A stretch of 64,000 nucleotides of DNA from a virus. Its lineage: Duplodnaviria > Caudoviricetes. The stretch spans positions 466-64,465 of the IMG/VR virus record IMGVR_UViG_3300042469_000933, one strand, 5' to 3'. Under the pieces are notes generated by a model. The model was not told where the DNA came from, ran no database searches, and saw nothing but the letters and a program-made list of their open reading frames with translations. Below are positions 51,572 through 60,034 of the stretch, in pieces; the first letter of the stretch is position 1; each line of letters opens with the position of its first letter. A program made the position numbers and the translations under genes.

Positions 51572-52594
51572 TCAGCTTTTGAGCGTGGCTGGGGCACCGA
51601 GACGGTTGAGGTCAATGCCACCTTCTTTGGCGCCACCGGCGCTCTCTGTTGGAGGGGCTTTGTCCAGGAGTTCAGCGAACATCCGGACAACACCATCCTT
51701 TTGGTCCTTAAGAACCTTGCCGAAGTGACCTTGCTCTGCAAACTCCAACAGAAGGGCCATCCTCGCATATCCGTCGTTCTTCTGAAGACGGGCTTCGGTG
51801 ATGGAGATCCCTGTTTTGGGGTCAGGCGTGAGTAGTGCTTCGACTCGTGCGGCAATCTTCTCTGCCGTCATTTCGTTTCCCAGCGGCAACCCGTAGAGGT
51901 TACCTTCTTTAGCCAGGTCTGTAACGCTTGTCTTCACGGCTGCTTTGAACGCCTTAACGACTTCAGGGTCGTTGGGGTTGTAAGCAGCTTCTTGTTGTTG
52001 GGGAACGTAGGCTTTGAGTGCATCTGCGTTCTTTTGCTTTTCTGCACGGAGACCGTCGCGAATCTCCTCGGCCATCAAAGGTAGATCTGCTTTCTTTCCC
52101 TCGACAACGGCCTTCACTTTTTCAGCATCCCATCCGGTCGGACGGGCATCGCTCTTCCCGTACTTCCGTGTGAGCGCTTCGGTGACCAAACTCTCGTCAT
52201 CCAAGTTGATGAGACGATCGGGTTCGGTACGCTCCTGGTAATACTGCTCCAGCGTCATGCCGGAATCCAGTGCAGCTTGCATCATCGCTGCTTCAGGATG
52301 AAGGGCCACAGGCCTCTGCTTTACAGCAGCGACCTTTCCTACAATGGCGTCCACATCATCTGCGTCACCGATCTCGAAACCCTGTTCTTTCAGCTTGGTC
52401 AGCAGGCCAGCCTTGAAATCGGTCGCATCTACAACAGGAGCCTTGTCTTCGACCACCGGAGCAGGAGTGTCCTGCTTCACGATGGGCTGGCTGCGCTGAC
52501 TTGGTGCAGCCTCTCCGGGCGCACCCTGCAATTTGGCTGGACCCGAAAGGGCGTCCAGGTCAATTGCGTCCAATGGGCTTGCTACCTGCGTCAT
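51572..52594 (-). CDS. putative scaffolding protein
   Basis: Acidic, helical 340-aa ORF between portal and MCP. Confidence 0.6.
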   Translation of the reverse strand: MTQVASPLDAIDLDALSGPAKLQGAPGEAAPSQRSQPIVKQDTPAPVVEDKAPVVDATDFKAGLLTKLKEQGFEIGDADDVDAIVGKVAAVKQRPVALHPEAAMMQAALDSGMTLEQYYQERTEPDRLINLDDESLVTEALTRKYGKSDARPTGWDAEKVKAVVEGKKADLPLMAEEIRDGLRAEKQKNADALKAYVPQQQEAAYNPNDPEVVKAFKAAVKTSVTDLAKEGNLYGLPLGNEMTAEKIAARVEALLTPDPKTGISITEARLQKNDGYARMALLLEFAEQGHFGKVLKDQKDGVVRMFAELLDKAPPTESAGGAKEGGIDLNRLGAPATLKS

Positions 52595-52977
52595 GCCCAG
52601 TAAGCGTGATCGGCAGAGTAACAGCCGCGGGTGAGGTTCTCAGCGGCCCAGCGAGGTTGTTGCGCGAACAGCCTGCACGCCACCTTGTCGGTGAGGTTGT
52701 CGGCCGTGATGATCTCACCATTGTACTCGGTGGTCATCGCCGGGTCCTTGAACTGGTAGCCGTTCTTCAGGCCACCGTCCGCCACCTGTGGGTGACGAAG
52801 TTCGTTCTTCAGGTTATTGGCTAGGCCTTGCGAAACCACTGTTTCACTGGCCACAGGATTGGCGATCGGCTCTTTCACTTCGCTGGCCACCACCACGTCG
52901 CCGGGTACGCCCGCGACATTTCCAAAGAGGTCCTTTCCGGCCTCCAGGTCTTTTTGCACTTGCTCTCGATTCTCCAT
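52591..52977 (-). CDS. hypothetical protein
   Basis: 128-aa ORF with an ATGA overlap to the scaffold gene. Confidence 0.55.
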   Translation of the reverse strand: MENREQVQKDLEAGKDLFGNVAGVPGDVVVASEVKEPIANPVASETVVSQGLANNLKNELRHPQVADGGLKNGYQFKDPAMTTEYNGEIITADNLTDKVACRLFAQQPRWAAENLTRGCYSADHAYWA

Positions 52978-52994
52978 CTGAATTGGGTTATTGG

Positions 52995-55418
52995 TTAACG
53001 ATCACTTGGTTCGTTCTTCGGACGCCCCGAAGATAAAGGCTTTCCACTACCGCCTTTTATGGCGACCTCCAGTGCTCGAATGCGAGCATCCAGGTCAGTG
53101 CCTCGCGCTTGTTCCTGCAGGAATGCCATTTCCACTTGTGCATTCTGACTGGCCACCTGAAGCTTGGTCTGGTTCTGACTATCAGCAATGCTCGTCTTCA
53201 CGCCGGCTTCCTGCTGAATGCGCTGCTGCTCCAATTGCAGTTCAGCCTGCTTGATCTGACCCATCAGCGCCTCACCGTCCGTGAGCTGCTTCTTGAACAT
53301 TAGGTCGATGTCGCTTTGCATTTTCAGCTTCTCCTGCTCACCACGTTGCTGCTGCTCCATGTTCTGCTGCTGCAGGGTGTTCATCACCTCTTCGTAGTAG
53401 CTCACTTTGTCCTGCAGCTCATCCAGGTTCTTGGCTCGGAACGCATCCACAAGCTGGCTCATGGTCACGGTGCCTCCGGTAAATCCGGCGCCCATCAACT
53501 GAGTGATGCGGTCCATGTCCGCCTGTGTCTTGTCTTCGTCGTCGAAGAAGCATTCGAACTTGGCGCCCTTTAATTCTTCCTTGGACAGCTTGAAGATGAC
53601 CTGACGGCGGTCCCCGGCGATGTACTGGCCGCGCTTGCCTTCCGCCCACACGTGCGGGATGATGCTCAGCACACGGTCCACGACACGCGAGACAATGCGC
53701 TGGTGCTTGTTGAACAGAACTTTGGTTGTGAGGTTGGATTGGACGATCGCTTGCTTCTGCGTACCCACCTGATCGTTCCCGGATACTTCACCAAGGCGTT
53801 GCGGAGGGATTCCGATGACCCGGCCGGCGAGACGCTCAAGGCTTTCGAGGATGAACGCGAGCTGCTGGATGCTTTGACCGAACGAAAGGTCGTAGGTCAT
53901 CCACTGGTTGTAGTTGGATGGACGACCCGTGCCGCCTGGCTGCGTGGGGTCGATCCAGCCGAGACCCATCTTGAACTGGTACATCCATTCCTCCATGGAC
54001 ATATCCTTCGGTTTCTGAGTCTTGTCCATGATGACCCCCTTGATACCGCCCAGGGCGATCAGGAGCTCCATTTGGTAGTAGACCAGGTTGTAGAGAATCT
54101 GTACGTCCTTCACTGCCCAGACGCGGCTGTATGGCCTACGATCAAGGCCGTTGTAGTTGAAACCCACATAGCGACCGTATGCGCGACCGATGCGGTCAAT
54201 GTCGCGGAACTGGAACGGAAGCTTTCCGCAGCGAACGAAGATGTCCGAGCTGATACGGATACCGCCCCACCATTCCGTGGCGTAACGGCGCTGATACTTC
54301 TTCTCCGGGTCGTGCGCTTCCTCGTCGCGAACAAGGCGCATTTCATCATCCTCCTGCACGAACTTGATCTCCTTCACGGACTTCCATTCGCAGACCGAGA
54401 CTTCAACCAGGTCGGTGCCGTAGATCGCGGAGCCGGAGTACACGTCTGGACTGCAAGCGTCTCCGGAGCCAGTGGCGTTGGAGTTGTACCAGCCGTAACT
54501 GGCCATACCGTTGCCAAAGGAGTACGTGGCGTTGTAGCGCGTCTCCATCATGGAACGCTCTTCCTCTCCCATCATGTGGCCATACTCGTCCATGATCTGA
54601 GCAGGGGTCATCCAGCGCTTCTCCACAATGCCTGGACACTCGTCCGTGTAAAATGCATCGTTGCTGGAGAGGTAGTAGAAGTTCAGCGGGTTCACCTTCC
54701 GGATGGAAGGGTCTTTGCCGAGGTACACGTCCTCAATGCAATAGACCTCTTGGTCCACCACCATGAGGTCTTGAAAGCCTTCGTCGAAAATGTCCTTCCA
54801 CCGGTACTTCCGGATCAGGTACTCCAGACCATCGGTCATAGCCACTTCCTTCCGAGTCTTTCCGCGCATCCGATACTCGCGCTCCAGGATCGATACCTGT
54901 TGATTGATTAGGCTCTCTCCGCGACTGACCTCTTGCTGAACCTTGGCCAGTTCCATTTCGGCCATCCGGTACTGTCCGGGATTTGCCTGAGCTTGCTGTT
55001 TCTGCTCTTCCAGGCTCAGCTTCAGCATGTACACCCGCTCCTGCGCATCGTTGGTAGCGCTCATCACGGAGTCCACGATTTTCCTGGCCACGTTGTCCGT
55101 CTTGTCCTGCAGGGAATCGGAATCCGTGGAGTAGACCCGTGGCTCCAGCGGTCGGCTTTCCTGCGTGGACTTCAGCAGGTCGAAAAAGGGCCGGATGATG
55201 GGCATGAACCTGACCCTTGCCGGCATCTTGTGCTGGTCAGTTCCGGTGAGGTAATCGAAATCGGACTCGTCCTGTGAGCCGTAGTAAAGCTTGTAGCACA
55301 GGGCGTCTTTTGAATGAGCATCGCCCGATGAGCCCACCATTCGGCAGAGCCGGTTCACGTTGTTCTTGCACCATTCGAGAGTTTTCCCGTCAGGTGGCAG
55401 TAGCTGTGTTGGTAGCAT
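52995..55418 (-). CDS. portal protein
   Basis: 807 aa directly after the terminase. PARVRFMPIIRP, RKVNP, K..QILYN, GIPPQRLG and a C-terminal coiled barrel. Confidence 0.88.
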   Translation of the reverse strand: MLPTQLLPPDGKTLEWCKNNVNRLCRMVGSSGDAHSKDALCYKLYYGSQDESDFDYLTGTDQHKMPARVRFMPIIRPFFDLLKSTQESRPLEPRVYSTDSDSLQDKTDNVARKIVDSVMSATNDAQERVYMLKLSLEEQKQQAQANPGQYRMAEMELAKVQQEVSRGESLINQQVSILEREYRMRGKTRKEVAMTDGLEYLIRKYRWKDIFDEGFQDLMVVDQEVYCIEDVYLGKDPSIRKVNPLNFYYLSSNDAFYTDECPGIVEKRWMTPAQIMDEYGHMMGEEERSMMETRYNATYSFGNGMASYGWYNSNATGSGDACSPDVYSGSAIYGTDLVEVSVCEWKSVKEIKFVQEDDEMRLVRDEEAHDPEKKYQRRYATEWWGGIRISSDIFVRCGKLPFQFRDIDRIGRAYGRYVGFNYNGLDRRPYSRVWAVKDVQILYNLVYYQMELLIALGGIKGVIMDKTQKPKDMSMEEWMYQFKMGLGWIDPTQPGGTGRPSNYNQWMTYDLSFGQSIQQLAFILESLERLAGRVIGIPPQRLGEVSGNDQVGTQKQAIVQSNLTTKVLFNKHQRIVSRVVDRVLSIIPHVWAEGKRGQYIAGDRRQVIFKLSKEELKGAKFECFFDDEDKTQADMDRITQLMGAGFTGGTVTMSQLVDAFRAKNLDELQDKVSYYEEVMNTLQQQNMEQQQRGEQEKLKMQSDIDLMFKKQLTDGEALMGQIKQAELQLEQQRIQQEAGVKTSIADSQNQTKLQVASQNAQVEMAFLQEQARGTDLDARIRALEVAIKGGSGKPLSSGRPKNEPSDR

Positions 55419-55435
55419 GGGTTCGTAGCTGTGAG

Positions 55436-57322
55436 CTACAAACGTACCATTTTACCGTTCTTCACTGCGTAACGACGCAGCGTGAAGGGTTCCTCCTGGA
55501 CCACTTCCCTCACGTTGCTGATGACATCGTTCTTGGCTAGAATGCACAGCATGTAGGAGATCGTTTCGTCGCAGTTCACGTCCGAACGATACTTGATCAG
55601 CTTGTCCACCAGTTCTATGTCAAGAAGGCGCTCTGCACCGCCGTTCTTCAGGTCGTCAGCGGTCATCTGCTCCCAGACATACTTCGTGTTCGGGTCGATA
55701 CCATCGCGGTTCTGCACATTGCTGCTGGCCATATTGGCGTAAGCAATGCGCGGACGGCTTTTGATAATGCCTCCGAACCCGTGCGTCCGAAGCCAGTCGA
55801 AGATGAGGATGTTCGAATACTCGATCATGGCCCCGGCGTAACCGTAGAGCACACACATCTTCGCCACGTTCTCGTAGAACTCCTTAGACGTTTCCGGGCG
55901 TTGGATCAGTTTGCAGACCGGAGTGTTGTCAATGGGATCGCTGACCTGGTTGAACATCTTGTACACCGTGCACGCTCCGAAGGATGCGCGCTCCGGGTCA
56001 GCGGCTGTGTCTTTGTCGTAGGAGTCCACACCAGCCAAGTACAAGCCAATGGGCACTTTCCCGTTCGGCTCTTTGAAGGGTGGCTCAGCCATCCGGAACG
56101 GACCATTTAGCTCGTCGTCCACCCACTCAGCGCCCAGCACGTTGCCATGGCTGTCCTTTACCCAGTCAATGCGCACGGAGCGAATGCGGTCCCGGTGCTC
56201 TGCGTACTTCAGCAGCTCTGAACGGCGCTTCAGCAACAGGCCGACCGGGAACACATTGCCGTTGGGCACCATCAACGCTTCCTCCGGGGTCAGAGGGAAC
56301 TGCGTGATCTCCTTCAGCAAGTTCTCCTTGTCGTTCTCCAGCTTGGCCCGACGCTCCAGCAATACCTCACGGGCCTTTTCGCGATGACTGTTCCCTTCAT
56401 CATCCGTGACCTTGGTGAAGTAATCGCCTGGCACGAAGTAGGCAATACGGTTCAGCTTGCGCGTAGGCGCATCATCCAGTATCTGATCTTCAAATGTATT
56501 CTCGTAGGACATGAACCCGTAACGCTCCGGATTGTAGAACATCTGGCCCACCTCGTCAATAGACGTGTTGCTCTCACCACCCGTACCGATCAACAGGGAC
56601 AAGCCGGTCTTCTTTCCCATTTCCTCCATGGCCGGATCCAGGTAGGCCTTGACCGCTTTGATGTCCTTGAACTTTCCAACTTCTTCGTACAACGCAAGCG
56701 AAGGCGAAAGACCGACCAAAGCCTGCTCACTGGATGCGGTCCGGCGCTCGATCGTGGACAGCATGCCCATGATGTGCTCGATGCCGTTCTCATCGGTCTC
56801 TTTGTAGGACGCACGGAAGAAGTCATTGCTGTCCGGAGAGCGGTTCTTGTAGAACTCCGTACCGGCCGCATAATCCAGCCCAGCCTCTACGAAGCGCATG
56901 GTGTTCACGCTGTACTTCTCTTCCCCTGAAGTGACCAGACTATTGCTGTCCGGAACGAAAGAGAACTCATAGCCAACGACCTGGCTGCTCTTATAGGAGA
57001 AACCAGCCTGACGACGCTTCAGGACCAGCATGTCCTTGCCTTCTTTGAAGCATCGCTCCAACTCCCAGTAGAACTCAAAGTCCATGTCCAGAAACCGCGG
57101 CGCCGTGATGCGCTTACCCTTGCCCTTTACGTTGGCCCTGATAGGCCAGAAGTTCAGATAGTGGTAGTGCCGTCCGGTGATTTTTACGCCACCAACTTCG
57201 TAGCCGTTCAGGCAACGGTCGTTCTGAGTATCCCAGTATTCATGCCACTCATAGGAGTTCTTTGGGGCCTGCGTAAGCCCCTCCATGATAACCGGCGAGA
57301 AGTACCGGGTGTTAACGAACAT
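55436..57322 (-). CDS. terL: terminase large subunit
   Basis: ITGRHYHYLNF, LKRRQAGFSY (Walker A-like), YEEVGKF (Walker B), GTGG, and the AGVDSYD nuclease motif. Confidence 0.93.
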   Translation of the reverse strand: MFVNTRYFSPVIMEGLTQAPKNSYEWHEYWDTQNDRCLNGYEVGGVKITGRHYHYLNFWPIRANVKGKGKRITAPRFLDMDFEFYWELERCFKEGKDMLVLKRRQAGFSYKSSQVVGYEFSFVPDSNSLVTSGEEKYSVNTMRFVEAGLDYAAGTEFYKNRSPDSNDFFRASYKETDENGIEHIMGMLSTIERRTASSEQALVGLSPSLALYEEVGKFKDIKAVKAYLDPAMEEMGKKTGLSLLIGTGGESNTSIDEVGQMFYNPERYGFMSYENTFEDQILDDAPTRKLNRIAYFVPGDYFTKVTDDEGNSHREKAREVLLERRAKLENDKENLLKEITQFPLTPEEALMVPNGNVFPVGLLLKRRSELLKYAEHRDRIRSVRIDWVKDSHGNVLGAEWVDDELNGPFRMAEPPFKEPNGKVPIGLYLAGVDSYDKDTAADPERASFGACTVYKMFNQVSDPIDNTPVCKLIQRPETSKEFYENVAKMCVLYGYAGAMIEYSNILIFDWLRTHGFGGIIKSRPRIAYANMASSNVQNRDGIDPNTKYVWEQMTADDLKNGGAERLLDIELVDKLIKYRSDVNCDETISYMLCILAKNDVISNVREVVQEEPFTLRRYAVKNGKMVRL

Positions 57323-57716
57323 AGCTGGCCTTGAGCTTGTCGAGATCCAGATCGAATTCCTTGGTCAGCACGGTCAGTGCTTTGGAGAAGGTCACCGCGA
57401 CTTCATCCCCGGCGAGCAGTTTGACGTGCCGGATGGTGCCAATAGCTGAGTGTGGCCAGAACACACCATCAATGCACCAGCCGCCTTCCACCTTGTGGCG
57501 GTCGCTGCCCAGGCCGGCCTTGATGCAGTCGAAACATGGTGCTGTGGGTAGCGGATCGACGGCAGCTTCAGCCGCCTTGGGAATGTAGACCGGAGCCGGA
57601 GGCAGTATTGCTGGAGGTCGTACCACCAGCTCTTTCCCCTTTTTGGTCTTTAGTTCCAACCCGCGCTCCCGAGCGATCTGCAATTGTCGCTCTTGTGACG
57701 GTCCTTTTGCTCTCAT
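57312..57716 (-). CDS. hypothetical protein
   Basis: 134 aa overlapping the terL start and the upstream gene. Confidence 0.5.
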   Translation of the reverse strand: MRAKGPSQERQLQIARERGLELKTKKGKELVVRPPAILPPAPVYIPKAAEAAVDPLPTAPCFDCIKAGLGSDRHKVEGGWCIDGVFWPHSAIGTIRHVKLLAGDEVAVTFSKALTVLTKEFDLDLDKLKASYVR

Positions 57717-58138
57717 AGTTGAATTGGACTTGTTGCCCTGCCCACAAAGAAACCACCTATTGCGTAAAGTACACGCTCGGTGATGCGCCAGACCTTCCCG
57801 GGCTTCTTCTCCAGCTTGGCGATGCGCTTCTCGTACTTCTGAATCTTCTCGTCCAGCGTAGCAATCAACGCATCTTTTCGCAAGGCCTGCCGCTTCATGG
57901 TGGCAATGAGCGTATCGCGCTTGGTCACCTCTTCCTCGTACACAACGACCATGGTGGTGAGAACGCGCACCTGTCGTGCACTAGCTTGTCCGTAAAGGGC
58001 GCTGTCCGCTGCCTGCAGGGCTTCTGCCTTGGTCAAGCAGATCCAGCACTCCTTCGTTTGCTGCGCAAGCCCGTTACTTGGTATCAGGCACAACAGGGCG
58101 AGGATTACGCCACAGAATGATGTCTTTGACGCGCGCAT
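57713..58138 (-). CDS. spanin-like envelope protein
   Basis: Signal peptide, coiled coil and C-terminal hydrophobic segment. It overlaps the upstream spanin-like gene. Confidence 0.5.
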   Translation of the reverse strand: MRASKTSFCGVILALLCLIPSNGLAQQTKECWICLTKAEALQAADSALYGQASARQVRVLTTMVVVYEEEVTKRDTLIATMKRQALRKDALIATLDEKIQKYEKRIAKLEKKPGKVWRITERVLYAIGGFFVGRATSPIQL

Positions 58139-58439
58139 GGTTGTTGGTGGTGTTGTAAACGCCGAGACGTTTCAGCTCTGCAATGTATAGGGAGTCCATG
58201 AACTTCAGTGTAGCCGTTGCCCTTTCCATCATTTCCTCAGAATCCCGAAGGTCTTCAGCCTGCGCCTCAATAAGCAGTGAGTCCATGGAAATCAACAGGC
58301 GAAGACTGTCCTCCGTCTTCGTGAGCTTGGTGATCTCAGCGTTGAAGCGCTCGTTCTCGCGCCGTTCGAAGAATAGTTTGTCACTCATGATGAACAGCGC
58401 AAGCACCGCAACGATGACCCAGGGTATCCAGTTCTTCAT
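58074..58439 (-). CDS. i-spanin-like protein
   Basis: N-terminal TM (WIPWVIVAVLALFIM) followed by a coiled coil, directly after the endolysin. Confidence 0.55.
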   Translation of the reverse strand: MKNWIPWVIVAVLALFIMSDKLFFERRENERFNAEITKLTKTEDSLRLLISMDSLLIEAQAEDLRDSEEMMERATATLKFMDSLYIAELKRLGVYNTTNNHARVKDIILWRNPRPVVPDTK

Positions 58440-58449
58440 GTCCTTCGTG

Positions 58450-58983
58450 TTACCACCAACGGCTGATCACGTAGATGCTGTCAATGCGCCGACGCTGCTT
58501 GTGAACCCCCGAACCGTCCCGTGAGCCCATGCCGTTCGTATTGCCCTCAATGGTGACCAGCCAGCGGCCTTCAATGGCCACGATGGTCCCTACGTGTCCA
58601 ATGCGCTTGATCTTAGGATAGTACAGGCCAATCTGGTCACCGACATGGACCACGCTTTCAACCAGGTCTCCCCGGCGCCACACGACCTTGCTGCTGTGGA
58701 ACCAGGTCGGGCTCCATGCGTAACGAGCGGGGTTCCCGGGCATGTAGATGCCAGCGGCCTTGTGAACAACTAGCGAGAACGCTCCGCACCACGGTTGTCC
58801 CGGCTTCTGGTCAGCAGCAGCAAGAATGGCTTCGACCGCAGGACCGCGGTTGTTCCCACCCACCTCCCGGACCCCCAGAAAGTCAGACGCCCGATCTGCG
58901 ACTTGCTGACCGGGCGTCTGAGTGAAAGCGGCGATCGCTATGCAAGCGAAGAGAGCGAGAAGGCTACCATGAATACGGCCCAT
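58450..58983 (-). CDS. CHAP-domain endolysin with N-terminal signal/anchor
   Basis: GVRE..GNN.G, QPWCGAF (catalytic Cys), GHVG (catalytic His) and TIEGNT. Confidence 0.88.
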   Translation of the reverse strand: MGRIHGSLLALFACIAIAAFTQTPGQQVADRASDFLGVREVGGNNRGPAVEAILAAADQKPGQPWCGAFSLVVHKAAGIYMPGNPARYAWSPTWFHSSKVVWRRGDLVESVVHVGDQIGLYYPKIKRIGHVGTIVAIEGRWLVTIEGNTNGMGSRDGSGVHKQRRRIDSIYVISRWW

Positions 58984-59213
58984 GTTTTCCAGGTGTATTG
59001 GTCGTCGTCGATATCACGCGTCGTGACGAAAGTAAGCAACAGGCTCAACCCGTTGAATACCGACACTTTCAGCAGCGCGTAAAACAAGAAGACCATGGAC
59101 GAGGGGGCCATTGGAGACTCTTCGCCCATCACGTATACCCAGAACAGCCAGAAGCCGGTGATCAGCACGATCGAAATGAGGATGGAAGCAAGCTCCCAAC
59201 CCCACTTCTTCAT
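58938..59213 (-). CDS. putative holin
   Basis: About 91 aa with three hydrophobic helices, overlapping the endolysin start. Confidence 0.6.
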   Translation of the reverse strand: MKKWGWELASILISIVLITGFWLFWVYVMGEESPMAPSSMVFLFYALLKVSVFNGLSLLLTFVTTRDIDDDQYTWKTWAVFMVAFSLSSLA

Positions 59214-59232
59214 GAACGGCTGTGGGTTCTGC

Positions 59233-59457
59233 TTAGAACCAGTGCTTGCCATCGAAGAAGGTGGTTGTTCCAGCGCGGAAGATGTGACCCATCGGAGCGA
59301 ACATCGGCTGTGCCGGATCGCAGTTGCAGGGCTCAGAGCCAGTTGGGACGCAGCAGCTTCCTTCTTGACTGATGTTGGAAGAAGAGACTACGCGTTGACC
59401 GAACAGGCCGTCGCTTTGGTTGGTGAACAGTTGGGCTTTGTTTCCGAAGAAGCTCAT
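59233..59457 (-). CDS. small Cys-containing hypothetical protein
   Basis: 74 aa, ATGA overlap with the upstream gene, SCCVP...PCNC. Confidence 0.5.
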   Translation of the reverse strand: MSFFGNKAQLFTNQSDGLFGQRVVSSSNISQEGSCCVPTGSEPCNCDPAQPMFAPMGHIFRAGTTTFFDGKHWF

Positions 59458-59954
59458 TGTTGTAGTTCAGGTTCGTGTTCCGACGCTTCTTCAGCAGCTT
59501 CGGTTGGCTGTTTGTCCTCTTCTGTGATCAGCATTGGAGAGATCGCTTCCAGCGCGGCGGGACGGACAGATGCCATGTCCATGATGGAAGCTTCGCCGAT
59601 AGTATACACCTCGACCTCGTAGACCGTCTCTCGGAACTCGGCCATGACAGCGTTGTTGAACGCTTCCTCCATGCCTTCAAGCAGGCTTATCTGCAACGTG
59701 GGCTTCCCATTCTCGTCCAGACGATGCTGGAGTTCGCCCTTTTCATCACGTTCGGCGTAGCGGTCCAGAATGGCCATACGCGCTTTGTCGAACTTGGTCT
59801 CGACCTTGCGGGCAAGACGAAGGTTCTTGTACACGACGAACGCGAGCTTTCCGGGATACGGAGCGGATGCTACTTCGCTCAGGCCTGGGAGATATTGTTC
59901 GATGACGTACTGAGCCGTCATTTTGACCTTGATAGGTTCTGTGTGCTGTGCCAT
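59454..59954 (-). CDS. DUF1617-like protein (often beside tail fiber genes)
   Basis: KLAF...KN...R..IL.RYAERDEKGE pattern. Confidence 0.55.
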   Translation of the reverse strand: MAQHTEPIKVKMTAQYVIEQYLPGLSEVASAPYPGKLAFVVYKNLRLARKVETKFDKARMAILDRYAERDEKGELQHRLDENGKPTLQISLLEGMEEAFNNAVMAEFRETVYEVEVYTIGEASIMDMASVRPAALEAISPMLITEEDKQPTEAAEEASEHEPELQQ

Positions 59955-59974
59955 TGAGATCTGTGGTTAGATCC

Positions 59975-59982
59975 CAAAGGTA
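59975..59982 (-). promoter_or_regulatory. Bacteroidota -7 element
   Basis: TACCTTTG on the minus strand, 20 nt upstream of ATG 59954, in an intergenic gap. Confidence 0.55.
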
Positions 59983-60034
59983 ACAGTAACACGTTCTTTG
60001 TTATCCCTTCTTGCGATAGTAGCCCTTCACGGCA

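Noticed and set aside
11516-56929. Long + strand ORFs antisense to structural genes (e.g. 13265-15019, 19281-20663, 34683-35897, 50051-51412, 53652-54911)
   Set aside because: These are shadow ORFs produced by codon bias on the coding strand. They show no motifs and fully overlap well-supported genes.
55436-57322. Intein or intron in the terminase
   Set aside because: The ORF is continuous, of ordinary length, and has no splice-junction or homing endonuclease motifs.
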